Positions 47,867 through 57,010 of a stretch of 64,000 bases of DNA are shown in pieces. The stretch is taken from IMG/VR virus record IMGVR_UViG_2636415832_000002. One strand, given 5' to 3'. The translations under genes were made by a program, and so were the position numbers. The DNA comes from an uncultured virus (IMG/VR IMGVR_UViG_2636415832_000002). Taxonomy: Duplodnaviria; Heunggongvirae; Uroviricota; Caudoviricetes. How positions within the stretch are numbered: the first letter of the stretch is position 1; each line of letters starts with the position of its first letter. The notes under the pieces were generated by a model, which was given only the letters and a program-made list of their open reading frames with translations, was not told the DNA's origin and did no database searches.

Positions 47867-48379
47867 ATGAATAAAAGCGTGACCTTTACAGTTGATGCAG
47901 ATGTATATGAGAAATTCTGCATCGCATTGAATTTAACAAATGAAACAAAAGATGCTGCAGTGGAAAGCTGTATGCGCTGGTATATTGCAAAAACCTTTGA
48001 AAAGGCATCACAAGCCTATAACCCAAAAACAGTAGCAAAACAAAATGAAGATACAAACAAGGATTTTTACGGAAAAGCAAATCACCGAATCCCAGTATGG
48101 GCTGTTAAGCCAAATCAATATAACCACAAAATCATCCGTGCTTATTTTAAGGCAGTTGCCGCCACAGGTCGTGCTACCATAGACATGATGGAGCGCTTAT
48201 GCAGTGATGAAAACAACCCAGAACTTTACGTGCCAACATTTAAGAATAATTATTCGCAGATGAAGTTGGATGGGCCTAAGAGCCACGGTAAAGTATTTGA
48301 GGATGACGGTGAAACGGTAACAATCTGGCACGAGGTAGAAGATACACTCATGAAATATAAAGCGAGTTTTTGTAATTAA
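47867..48379 (+). CDS. Hypothetical protein with ribbon-helix-helix-like N-terminus
   Basis: MNKSVTFTVDADVYEKF...VESCMRWYI strand-helix-helix pattern; GAGGTG RBS. Confidence 0.6.
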   Translation: MNKSVTFTVDADVYEKFCIALNLTNETKDAAVESCMRWYIAKTFEKASQAYNPKTVAKQNEDTNKDFYGKANHRIPVWAVKPNQYNHKIIRAYFKAVAATGRATIDMMERLCSDENNPELYVPTFKNNYSQMKLDGPKSHGKVFEDDGETVTIWHEVEDTLMKYKASFCN

Positions 48380-48414
48380 AAGGAGCAAAGAGTAAAGTAA
48401 AGGGGGGTTCGACT

Positions 48415-49392
48415 TTGGATATAAACAAAATGAAAGTTTTATCATATGATGAGCTGCGTTCTTTATACAGAGAATTCTTACATAGCCAGAACATTTCAAA
48501 ACTAACAATCAATACTGCTTACACAGACACCTTCTACCTTTGGAGGAAAGGGAGCAAAGACCTGTTCTGGAATGCAGTGACTGCTACTGATTTCGAGAAT
48601 GAGGCAAAAGATTCATTAATACAGGCTCTTTCTAAGAACTCGACCGGTAATGTTAAATCACTTGTTAATAGTTACTTGTCTCATCTAAGAAGGTTTCGTT
48701 TATTCTTAGCTTCTGATGGAACTGCCGAGCCATTAACCTCTAAGCAGGAGAATGCTGCTAATCGTACATATACTCGTATGAAGAAAAAGGATGTCGATGT
48801 TCCTAATCCATCGATTGAGCAGGTTGAGTTTTATCTAGCTAAGTGGGATCGTCTTGAGAACTACCACCTGCAGGAGGATGCGCTTAATAAACTGTTCTTT
48901 GAGCTATGCCCAAAGAATACTGACATTATCGATGTTCTTTTGAAGTCATCAACGCTTAACGACTTTTATAGTACGAATATTTTCTCAATCTATCCGGTGG
49001 CTAAGCACATATGCGCTCTGGATATTGATTCAAGACTTAAAGCTGGTGATGTTACCCTAGTTCGAGATATTCAGTATATAACTATCGGTGATGCAGAGAA
49101 GAATTTTTACTCTTTTGCCACAAAGTATTGTAGCCATCACAATCCACTCGATTATCCGATTTATGATAGCTATGTCGATGGGGTGCTTCGCTATTTTAGG
49201 AATCGTAATAGATTCTCAGACTTCCAGGATGGCGATTTGAAAGACTATATTAAATTCAAAGGCATACTGATTGATTTCCGTGCCTTTTATGGCTTGGATA
49301 AATATAACCTGAAGCAAATTGACCAGTATGTTTGGCTACTTGGAAAGGATTATTTCCCGAAGAACTACGGAAAGAAAAAAAGAGGAGATTAA
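48415..49392 (+). CDS. Hypothetical protein, putative HhH-type DNA glycosylase-like C-terminal domain
   Basis: SFATKYCSHHNP..YPIYDSYV motif. Confidence 0.5.
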   Translation: MDINKMKVLSYDELRSLYREFLHSQNISKLTINTAYTDTFYLWRKGSKDLFWNAVTATDFENEAKDSLIQALSKNSTGNVKSLVNSYLSHLRRFRLFLASDGTAEPLTSKQENAANRTYTRMKKKDVDVPNPSIEQVEFYLAKWDRLENYHLQEDALNKLFFELCPKNTDIIDVLLKSSTLNDFYSTNIFSIYPVAKHICALDIDSRLKAGDVTLVRDIQYITIGDAEKNFYSFATKYCSHHNPLDYPIYDSYVDGVLRYFRNRNRFSDFQDGDLKDYIKFKGILIDFRAFYGLDKYNLKQIDQYVWLLGKDYFPKNYGKKKRGD

Positions 49393-49510
49393 TAGTATGG
49401 TTGTAAGGTGGTTAATGAAGCTATGGAATTGATTGAGGCAGAATTTAATACGAAAATATGCGGCATAGGCACAGGGGTGTCGGGGTGTCGTTTAGGGTGT
49501 CGGTTTTAAT

Positions 49511-49565
49511 ACGAGTGCAAATTTCAAGGGTCGCCGGTGGCGCGACCTTTGAAATTTGCATTTGT
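49511..49565. other. Long hairpin (19-bp core, up to 24 bp with G-U pairs)
   Basis: TGCAAATTTCAAGGGTCGC / GCGACCTTTGAAATTTGCA. Confidence 0.7.
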
Positions 49566-49684
49566 GATAATATTATTACACTGAGATTGCGATAAATTGA
49601 TAACGACAAATCTTGATTCAAGTGGGATAATATACACTGAAATGAGTGACCAATCAGATGGACGTTCGTATGCGAGGTGGTAAT

Positions 49685-51127
49685 ATGGGTAAAACGATGA
49701 CAAGAAAGGATATTTTTCTTGATTTAAGTATTGATGATGATGGTTTTGGTTTTTCTACATCCATTGCCGATGCTTTGGCACAAGCAGAAGCAGAGCTTGT
49801 TGTTTTAAATGACACAGTCGATTCTATCAAAAAATTGAAACCAAATTGTGATAAGTTAGACTATGCTTTGGCTGCAAGCTCCGGAGCATTATGCGGTGTT
49901 ATCGATATATTTTTAGTTGGAAAGCCCGGCGAGTCTCCTCTTGGCGATATTACCGATAAGTGGTTTGCCAACAGAACAATGGATTTTGCTAAACTTTTCC
50001 ATCCAAAAAAGAAGAATTTTGATAGTCTCGAATCAGCACTACGATTCTTGGAAAATGAATTCAAAGTGCCATATGACCAGACTGGTCTCGGTGATGCAGG
50101 AAGGGCAATATTTGATTTAAATGCAAAAAATCATCATTTTAAATCCCTTGCTCATAATCCAAGCTTGCTTGGTCTGTTCTTTTCGATGCTCGATCAATTC
50201 ACGAATTCTTCTCACTTTGTCACAGATGGGCAACTTGTTTCCTTGCAGAAAGCAGATGAAAAATGGGAATTACGGGGTGGGAATGTTCCCAGCAAATTAT
50301 TTTGTGGATTTACGAACTGGATAGGGCATCTCATTTCGGATGTTGCTGGTTCCCAATCCAGTGCCAGAGCCGGAAATCGTGGAATGGGCATCCCATCACC
50401 GCTCTGGACTTGGACCAATGATATTATTGCTATAAAAGCAAAGTTGGGTCTTAGCGTAACAGAAACAGATAAGGCCATGAATGAGTTGGCTTTAAACATA
50501 TTTGAGAAAGGTTACGATACACGTTTCCAGGTTGCACAAGCTATCCCGGTCTTTTTGAATGATCTGCTTGTTCGACTCATTTATGCAATCCGACGTCTTT
50601 TCAGCTACTTCTCAGAAACACCAAAGGCAGATCGTTCCTTTGCACTTATGTGGAAAAAGTGCGAGCCATTCTCCAATCCAACGGTTAAACGAATGTTAAC
50701 TGTTGCACACGGAACATTCTGTTTAGTTGATATCGGTGATGCGGTGGGTAGAGCTTTTATAGAGGGTGGCGGCTCTTTTAATGCAGTTGAATTTGTTTTG
50801 CGCCTCAACGTCGTAGGAGTCGGTCGATTCACTATATCCTTGTACGGAGAAACAAAGAGAGCTATTTCGTATAGCCGTGCAAAGAGAGAAGCTGATTTTG
50901 CGTCAAAAGAAATCACTATCGTCAATAATTACATAGAGGGTCTGAAAATTCTGTCTCTAAAGTATGATGATGCACACCTTTTGATGTTTATTGATGATTT
51001 TGAAAAAAGCGATGCTTATGCAGAGGCTTTTGGGAAATCATCAGCATTGGCAGAATTACGCAATGTTCCAGCCAACAAAATATTAAAGAGCAAGTCAGAT
51101 ATAGACAAATTTTTTGGAGGAAAATGA
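49685..51127 (+). CDS. Hypothetical protein, probably membrane-associated
   Basis: GAGGTGG RBS; KVPYD...NHHFKSLAHNPSLLGLFFSMLDQFT; several hydrophobic/amphipathic helices. Confidence 0.7.
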   Translation: MGKTMTRKDIFLDLSIDDDGFGFSTSIADALAQAEAELVVLNDTVDSIKKLKPNCDKLDYALAASSGALCGVIDIFLVGKPGESPLGDITDKWFANRTMDFAKLFHPKKKNFDSLESALRFLENEFKVPYDQTGLGDAGRAIFDLNAKNHHFKSLAHNPSLLGLFFSMLDQFTNSSHFVTDGQLVSLQKADEKWELRGGNVPSKLFCGFTNWIGHLISDVAGSQSSARAGNRGMGIPSPLWTWTNDIIAIKAKLGLSVTETDKAMNELALNIFEKGYDTRFQVAQAIPVFLNDLLVRLIYAIRRLFSYFSETPKADRSFALMWKKCEPFSNPTVKRMLTVAHGTFCLVDIGDAVGRAFIEGGGSFNAVEFVLRLNVVGVGRFTISLYGETKRAISYSRAKREADFASKEITIVNNYIEGLKILSLKYDDAHLLMFIDDFEKSDAYAEAFGKSSALAELRNVPANKILKSKSDIDKFFGGK

Positions 51128-51128
51128 T

Positions 51129-52238
51129 ATGGCTAAGAAACTATCAAAACTTCAAATAGCGCAACAGAAAGCAGAGGCCGCTGCTAAAAAGACTAATAAG
51201 AAAATTGAAGAACTGGGTCAACACACCAGTGATTTATATGCTTCTTTAAACATGATACAGTCGCTATTTGATCGTATTCGAAATGTGCCTGAAGAGGATA
51301 AGTTAAAATATGAAGAACTGAAAGCTATCAGGGTAAATTGGAAGCAGCAAGCAGAAAACATAGAAATGGAATATAAGAAGACTAAGGTAAAGGCTGCAGG
51401 TCAGGGAGCTGCTGGCGTAGGTGCAGGTGTCGCTGTTGCTGCCCTTGGTCCTACAGCGGCTATGGGTATTGCGACAACCTTTGGTGTAGCATCTACAGGG
51501 ACCGCCATATCCGCTTTAAGTGGTGCAGCGGCTACGAATGCAGCTTTGGCATGGTTAGGTGGGGGTGCTTTGGTAGCTGGCGGAGGTGGAATGGCAGCAG
51601 GTAATGCATTTTTAGCGCTTGCTGGGCCAGTAGGTTGGACAATCGCAGGTCTTTCCATTGTTGCCAGCGGATTGATGTTTTTCAAGACGAAAAGTGATAA
51701 GGAAAGACTGGAGAACATTTTTACCCTTATTAGCAATAGAGATATTAAATCGTACGAGCTTGCGATTGTGGAGCTGAGTGAGCGTATTAAGAGGATAGTG
51801 GACGAAGCTGGGAAATTAGCAGGGGCCATTATTAAAATTGAAACTTTTGGGGCTGATTACAACAAGATGTCTGAGACTCAACAGTATGAGTTAGGTGCAT
51901 ATGTTAACCTCATGGAAGCTTCCACCATGCTGCTTGTTAACCCGATTTTAGGTCTACAGCCTAAATATACAGAGCAAGATTTTGAAAAGTTGTGTGCCTC
52001 CGAGAGTGTTTCATTCAGAACGTATTTCAAGAATCACAAGAGTATGGTAATCTCTATGGCGAATTTGCTCTACAAAATTAAGCTTGATGATAAAGATAAG
52101 AAGTTGCTTGCCAAGTCACTAAAGAAAAATAAAGAATTTCTGGCATCGGTTGAAATGTCTAAAAAGGAATTTGATGCTGACGATATCTCAATGATTGAGA
52201 GGGCATTGCAACACAGATATAAGAGAAGTACATATTGA
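51129..52238 (+). CDS. Hypothetical coiled-coil protein with long Gly/Ala hydrophobic segment
   Basis: About 90-aa AGVGAGVAVAALG...ASTGTAISALSGAAATNAALAWLGGG...GPVGWTIAG flanked by coiled coils; starts 1 nt after upstream stop. Confidence 0.7.
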   Translation: MAKKLSKLQIAQQKAEAAAKKTNKKIEELGQHTSDLYASLNMIQSLFDRIRNVPEEDKLKYEELKAIRVNWKQQAENIEMEYKKTKVKAAGQGAAGVGAGVAVAALGPTAAMGIATTFGVASTGTAISALSGAAATNAALAWLGGGALVAGGGGMAAGNAFLALAGPVGWTIAGLSIVASGLMFFKTKSDKERLENIFTLISNRDIKSYELAIVELSERIKRIVDEAGKLAGAIIKIETFGADYNKMSETQQYELGAYVNLMEASTMLLVNPILGLQPKYTEQDFEKLCASESVSFRTYFKNHKSMVISMANLLYKIKLDDKDKKLLAKSLKKNKEFLASVEMSKKEFDADDISMIERALQHRYKRSTY

Positions 52239-52313
52239 TACAAGAACAACTCTGTTGTGGTCAAGCTTTTTTGTAACATATTTGTTTGTTTAATTTATAT
52301 GTTTCGTGCCTGA

Positions 52314-52526
52314 AAAGGAAATATTATTGCTGAGTCATCAGACTTTGAGTCTATAGAAATAGATCTAGATAGCTTATTGAATGAACTAAAAGATGTTCGT
52401 AACGCTTTATATGACTGCATTAACGATCTGATTGATTTTAAGAGTGCGGTATCTCAGAAACATCCAGTGAAAGATGACTTGGTGATACCAAACCCATCAA
52501 GTTATGTTAAGGTTATACTTTCTTAG
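52314..52526 (+). pseudogene. Startless gene fragment
   Basis: 70 open codons KGNIIAESSDFESIEIDLDSLLNELKDV...VILS* with an upstream in-frame stop and no clear RBS/start. Confidence 0.3.
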
Positions 52527-52548
52527 TTAAGATTAAGTCATTCATAAT

Positions 52549-52681
52549 GTCGATATGTTCCCGCTAACCGATAGTGCAAAAAACGTAGTGGATATGTTTC
52601 CGAGAACGGGCAAATTCAAATGACATTCATTCTGTCCTCTCGAGCCATGTGGAGTGTTGCGCGTTGCTAAAATTAATATAA
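52549..52681 (+). other. Attachment-site region: rlmD/rumA-like 3' fragments (attR candidate)
   Basis: VDMFPLT (52549), VDMFPRTG (52588) and HVECCALLKLI* (52646-52681) match the VDMFPxTxHVE C-terminal motif of RlmD/TrmA. Confidence 0.7.
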
Positions 52682-52685
52682 AAAA

Positions 52686-52726
52686 AGAAAGCTCGTTTAA
52701 ACTTCTTTATTTAGACGAGCTTTTCT
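52686..52726. terminator. Bidirectional terminator-like hairpin
   Basis: AAAGCTCGTTTAAA...TTTAGACGAGCTTT between convergent rlmD-like end and recombinase. Confidence 0.65.
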
Positions 52727-53350
52727 GATTAAAGTAATTCGTTAGAAAAGCGATAAAAGATTCTTGGAGATCCGTCTTTTTTAATTTCAATTCGATCTAC
52801 TAGACGGTGTAACATTTCAGTTGTTAACTCATTGAATTGAAGGAAATAACTTAGCTCTTTTTTAATTTTAGCTATATCAGTTGCTGTTGTATCCTTTGAT
52901 ACTGAATTTGATTTTTCTAGCTCGTATTTTTCAGTAACTAAGATATTTAATTTATTATCGATATCATCAATAGTTAAGCGGTAGTCTTCTATTTTTATAC
53001 TTGATTGAGCTAGAAGTTTTGTAAGTCTTACTTTGTCATTATTTAAATCTGCAATGTCTTTTTCAATCTTAACCAAACGTTTTTTTGTACTATTGGTTAC
53101 TTTATTAGCTTTCTTTGCGATAAAACCCATTACATCATCCAAGTTTAATTTAGCTGTTATGGATCTAATATCTTCCAGTATTATTTCAGCAAGTTGCTTT
53201 TCCTTAATAAAATGTTCTGAACATGCTTTGATTCCATGTTTATTATAATTACCACATACATAGCCTTTTCGATTCTTTTTAAAGTGCAAACCTCTACCAC
53301 AATCAGCACAGAAAGCTGTATTTGTGAATAAATGAATCTCCTGTTGGGGT

Positions 53351-54811
53351 GGTACTGTCAATATTTTTGTGTAAATGACGATTCACCCGTTCAAGGGAAC
53401 TCATCACCTGTGTATTCAATTGTACTTGTTCGAAGTGTTGATTTGAGTGTGTAGGAAAGGGCTAGCCCTTTCCTACACACTCAAATTTCGCGCTGGCGCG
53501 TCCCGGTCTAGTTTGCCGGTTCGTGCAGCTGCTCAAACATTTCTTCTAGCTTTGCACGGGCCTGATTGAAGCCGATGTGGCAGCGTGTGGCGAAACGTTG
53601 ATTATAGTCTTCGAACTGCGTCACTAAAAAGCGCTCCAACGATTCTTCGTTCGGGAACTGTTCCTTGCGCTTTGTATATTTTTTGATTTGCTTATTGAAC
53701 GACTCGATTAAATTCGTCGAGTAGATGCTTCGCCAAATCGCCTTGGGAAAGCCGTAAAACGTCAGTAAATACGGGTTTTCGAGTAAGCCTTGTGCGACTT
53801 TTTTATACGATTTGCCCCATTTTTCGCAGAACGTCTCGAGCGCTTTTTTCGCTGCTTCAGCGTTCTTTGCCTGGTGAATCGTTTTAAAATCCTCGCACAC
53901 TTCCTTGCGATCTTCTACTCGGACTTTATGCATGATATTGCGTGCCACATGGACAAGGCACACCTGATATTTTGCCTTTGGAAACACATTAAACACAGCG
54001 TCTGCCATGCCTTTTAAGCCGTCTGATACGAATAAAAGTACGTCTTCTACACCACGGTCTTTGAGCTCTTGTAGTAGCTCCTGCCAGTTGTAGGCCGATT
54101 CTGTTGGGGCAATCGTATAGCCAAGCACTTCTTTAGAGCCGTCTTCACGAATACCAACTGCAATATAGACGGCCTCTTTTGACACCGTATCACGACGCAC
54201 GGCAATATACGTCGCGTCTAAATACACGCATACGTAACGATTGTGCAAAGGACGGTTATTAAAGGCTTCTACCGTTTCTGAAACAGCCTTTGTCATATTC
54301 GAAATCGTTTGCGGCGTATAGTGATGCCCATACATTTTCTCAATTAATTGCGCAATTTCCGCCATCGTAATGCCTTTTTTGAACAAGTGAATGACCGTTT
54401 CTTCCAGCGTATCGTTCGAGCGCTTATATGGTACCACTGTCTGTTGTTTAAACTCACCGTTGCGATCCCGCGGGATTTGAAGCGTTAAATCGCCGTACTC
54501 CGTGTGAAGTGTACGCGAATAAGACCCATTGCGAGAATTGCCTGAGTTGAACCCGATACGATCGTATTTTTCGTAATCCAAAAATTCCGTCAGCTCTGTC
54601 GCCAGTAGCGAGTTGATCGCCATTTCCAAGTGCGAACGAAAAACCTCGGTAATATCTTGTTTTTTGACTAGTGCATCGACAATTTCTGTTGTAAACTGAT
54701 TCATAGGGAAGACCTCTTTTCTAGGATTGGTTGTGGTGACTTAATTCTACCAAGAAAGGGTCTTCCTTTTTCTATGGAATTTTCTATTTACACAAAATAT
54801 TTTATACTCTC
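53351..54811 (-). mobile_element. IS256-family element copy 2 (1461 bp) with 8-bp TSD GTTGGGGT
   Basis: TSD at 53343-53350 and 54812-54819; same IRs as copy 1. Confidence 0.95.
53508..54704 (-). CDS. IS256-family transposase
   Basis: Protein identical to 17972-19168. Confidence 0.95.
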   Translation of the reverse strand: MNQFTTEIVDALVKKQDITEVFRSHLEMAINSLLATELTEFLDYEKYDRIGFNSGNSRNGSYSRTLHTEYGDLTLQIPRDRNGEFKQQTVVPYKRSNDTLEETVIHLFKKGITMAEIAQLIEKMYGHHYTPQTISNMTKAVSETVEAFNNRPLHNRYVCVYLDATYIAVRRDTVSKEAVYIAVGIREDGSKEVLGYTIAPTESAYNWQELLQELKDRGVEDVLLFVSDGLKGMADAVFNVFPKAKYQVCLVHVARNIMHKVRVEDRKEVCEDFKTIHQAKNAEAAKKALETFCEKWGKSYKKVAQGLLENPYLLTFYGFPKAIWRSIYSTNLIESFNKQIKKYTKRKEQFPNEESLERFLVTQFEDYNQRFATRCHIGFNQARAKLEEMFEQLHEPAN

Positions 54812-55753
54812 GTTGGGGTCTGATGCGTTGTCTAGAAATAATCATATCTTGAACAGTGTTGAATGTATCTAGAGAAATAATAGCTTCGTGAACATTTTCT
54901 ACTATTACAAATTCAGACACAGGAAGTAATAATCTTGAATCAGTGATAGTAGGCTTAGTATCACGACATTGTACAAGCGCCCCAGTATAGTGAGGGTTCA
55001 TTAGAATTTTCTTAATCGTTGAACCATGCCACTTATCTCCAGCATTAGCCTTTCCACTTATCTGTGAAGGAGTTGGGATTCCTTCGTTATATAAGCCACG
55101 GGCTATACCATCAAACCCTTTACCTTCAATATATTCTTGAAAAATCTTACGAACAATATCAGGAGTATAATCATCTCTAATAAATATCTTTTTATTTTCA
55201 AGATAATAACCGTAGGGTGGTACGGAACCATTAAATTCCCCTTCTTTTGCTTTTGTTCGGAATGTATGTTTAATCCGATTGCTTGTTTTTTGTGATTCTT
55301 GTTCGTAAATCCATGCATACAATCCAAATTTATCTTGGTCTCCATTTAAAGTATCAATTGCCCCATCAAGTGTTTTAAGATGGATTTTATGTTTATTTAA
55401 GATTTCCTTTAATTGATAGGCAAGGGGTACATTTCTTGCTAAACGTGATAATTCTTTTGATAGAATTAAATCGAATTTATTTTCTTTTGCGTCATTGATT
55501 AATTGATTAAGTCCTTTACGGTTACTGTGTGTACCCGATTCAATTTCTTGATAAAAGTCATAAATTTCCCATCCATTCTCCGCGCATACCTGTGTGAATA
55601 AATTTCTTTGATTTTCAAGGGATGACTTTTGTTCTTCTTTATGAGTTGATACACGAACTAGAATAGCAACTTTTAATGGTCTGTTTGCTAAAGTACTATC
55701 AAGTTCTTGCTGTCCAATTTCTTTATATGAATTACTACTTGCCAATGCTAATC

Positions 55754-55903
55754 TCATGATTGACCACTTCCTTCATCATGAGATGTAGTGGTGTTATCTT
55801 TAGCATATAAGCTTTTTAATAGTTGGTCAATTTGGTTATTGATTAGATCAGTTATGATTTTTTCTAATGTTGTTTCACTTTTATAAACACGTTCAATATT
55901 CAT
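55754..55903 (-). CDS. 49-aa protein coupled to the recombinase start
   Basis: GGAGG RBS; MNIERVYKSETTLEKIITDLINNQIDQLLKSLYAKDNTTTSHDEGSGQS*; ATGA overlap with recombinase. Confidence 0.6.
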   Translation of the reverse strand: MNIERVYKSETTLEKIITDLINNQIDQLLKSLYAKDNTTTSHDEGSGQS

Positions 55904-56134
55904 TTTATTAGCCTCCATTATTTTGGTGGCTAGATGTTTCAGCCGGCTTACTGGTCTAGCTGAAATATGATACTTTCGGATTTTTGATATTCTAAGAGCA
56001 AATTCATATAAAAATAAAGTTTAACTATTCTGTTTATTAAATGCTGTTCGAGGTTTATTATGATATCTAGCGATTTGAAGAAAATAGGTGGTAGAAAAGT
56101 TACTAGTGTTTTAGTAATCAAATATAAAAAGAAA

Positions 56135-56185
56135 AATCCGCAGAATTACCAAGTCCATGTTAATGACTAGGAATCTCTGCGGATT
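56135..56185 (-). terminator. Hairpin downstream of resolvase-like gene
   Basis: AATCCGCAGA...TCTGCGGATT with minus-strand T-run. Confidence 0.55.
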
Positions 56186-56213
56186 CTAAAATGGAGTTAC
56201 ACTATTTATTCGA

Positions 56214-56648
56214 TTAGTGGCTGTTTTTTGGAATTTTTTTAGCTGCTCTTATTCTCCGACTCATAGTTTCGAATTCATTTGCACAAAACTTACTATAAAT
56301 AGTTAATTTGCTAATATCATCGCGGAAGGTGTTGATTGTATTATCCGTTGTTACAATATGCACTTTTCCCATTTTAAAAAGATTAATTAGTTCAATTGAT
56401 AATTCAGTTGTTCTAGAAATTCGAGTTAAATCAGTTATTACAATGACATCAAATTTACCTTCTCCACATTCCTCAATTAGTGCTTGAAGACCTCTATTTT
56501 TATGAACTCCAGATCCGACATCACCATAAATAGTATCTAATTGCCAATTATTTTCAGAAATAAAGGCCATGATGATTTCTGTTTGTTTTTCTAAATTTAA
56601 GTCTGCGTGATTTTTACTAGCTGTTCGAACGTAAGCTGCGCATTTCAT
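56214..56648 (-). CDS. Serine resolvase catalytic-domain-only protein
   Basis: AAYVRTAS, YGDVGSG, RGLQALI, DLTRISR, E..SRRIR; no DNA-binding domain. Confidence 0.8.
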   Translation of the reverse strand: MKCAAYVRTASKNHADLNLEKQTEIIMAFISENNWQLDTIYGDVGSGVHKNRGLQALIEECGEGKFDVIVITDLTRISRTTELSIELINLFKMGKVHIVTTDNTINTFRDDISKLTIYSKFCANEFETMSRRIRAAKKIPKNSH

Positions 56649-57010
56649 AGTTTTCTTCTCTCCTTAGTAATTTTAGTTTAAAGTTTTTAGAGGAAATTTA
56701 CTTTTCCTGATGTGTAAAACATTGTATCCATGTTTTTTCCTATTTTAAGAGGTAAAAACAATTTCTATAAAATTTTTTTGAAAAAAATGTCCAAACGTAA
56801 AAACTTTGAATAACCAATGCTCTGAAGCATTATACTTTCGGATTTTCGATATTCTAATAGAAAAATTAAAGTTTTAATTTTCTGGCTTTAAATATTTTAC
56901 ATGAGAATTCTTTAGGAAAGTTTTTTCTTAAACATTTGTTCGCTCCACATCCATATGGGTTCAGACAATAAAAAAATCAATAGTAATTCAGTAAGGAATT
57001 TTAATTTTAA

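Larger units (their letters stand above)
1..52645. mobile_element. Siphovirus-like prophage with triple serine-recombinase module, integrated at the 3' end of an rlmD/rumA-like gene; left end outside window
   Basis: Ordered replication, packaging, HK97-type head, tail, lysis and recombinase modules; right junction marked by rlmD-like HVE codons starting at 52646. Inclusion of 1-3527 and 47800-52600 as cargo is inferred. Confidence 0.85.
52729..55757 (-). pseudogene. Large serine recombinase interrupted by IS256 (519 aa if restored)
   Basis: N-part with LVRVST, KELSRLARN, PPYGY, NPHYTG; removing the IS and one TSD joins RIRPQ-QEIHLFTNTAFCADCG in frame (1560 nt). Confidence 0.9.
55970..56860. 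repeat. 29-bp direct repeats flanking the resolvase-like gene
   Basis: ATACTTTCGGATTTTTGATATTCTAAGAG (55970-55998) and ATACTTTCGGATTTTCGATATTCTAATAG (56832-56860). Confidence 0.8.

Noticed and set aside
54747..54811. C-terminal tail REYKIFCVNRK... of the 336-aa recombinase ORF and the MTVPP start of the 210-aa ORF
   Set aside because: Both are read-through into IS256 ends, not native sequence
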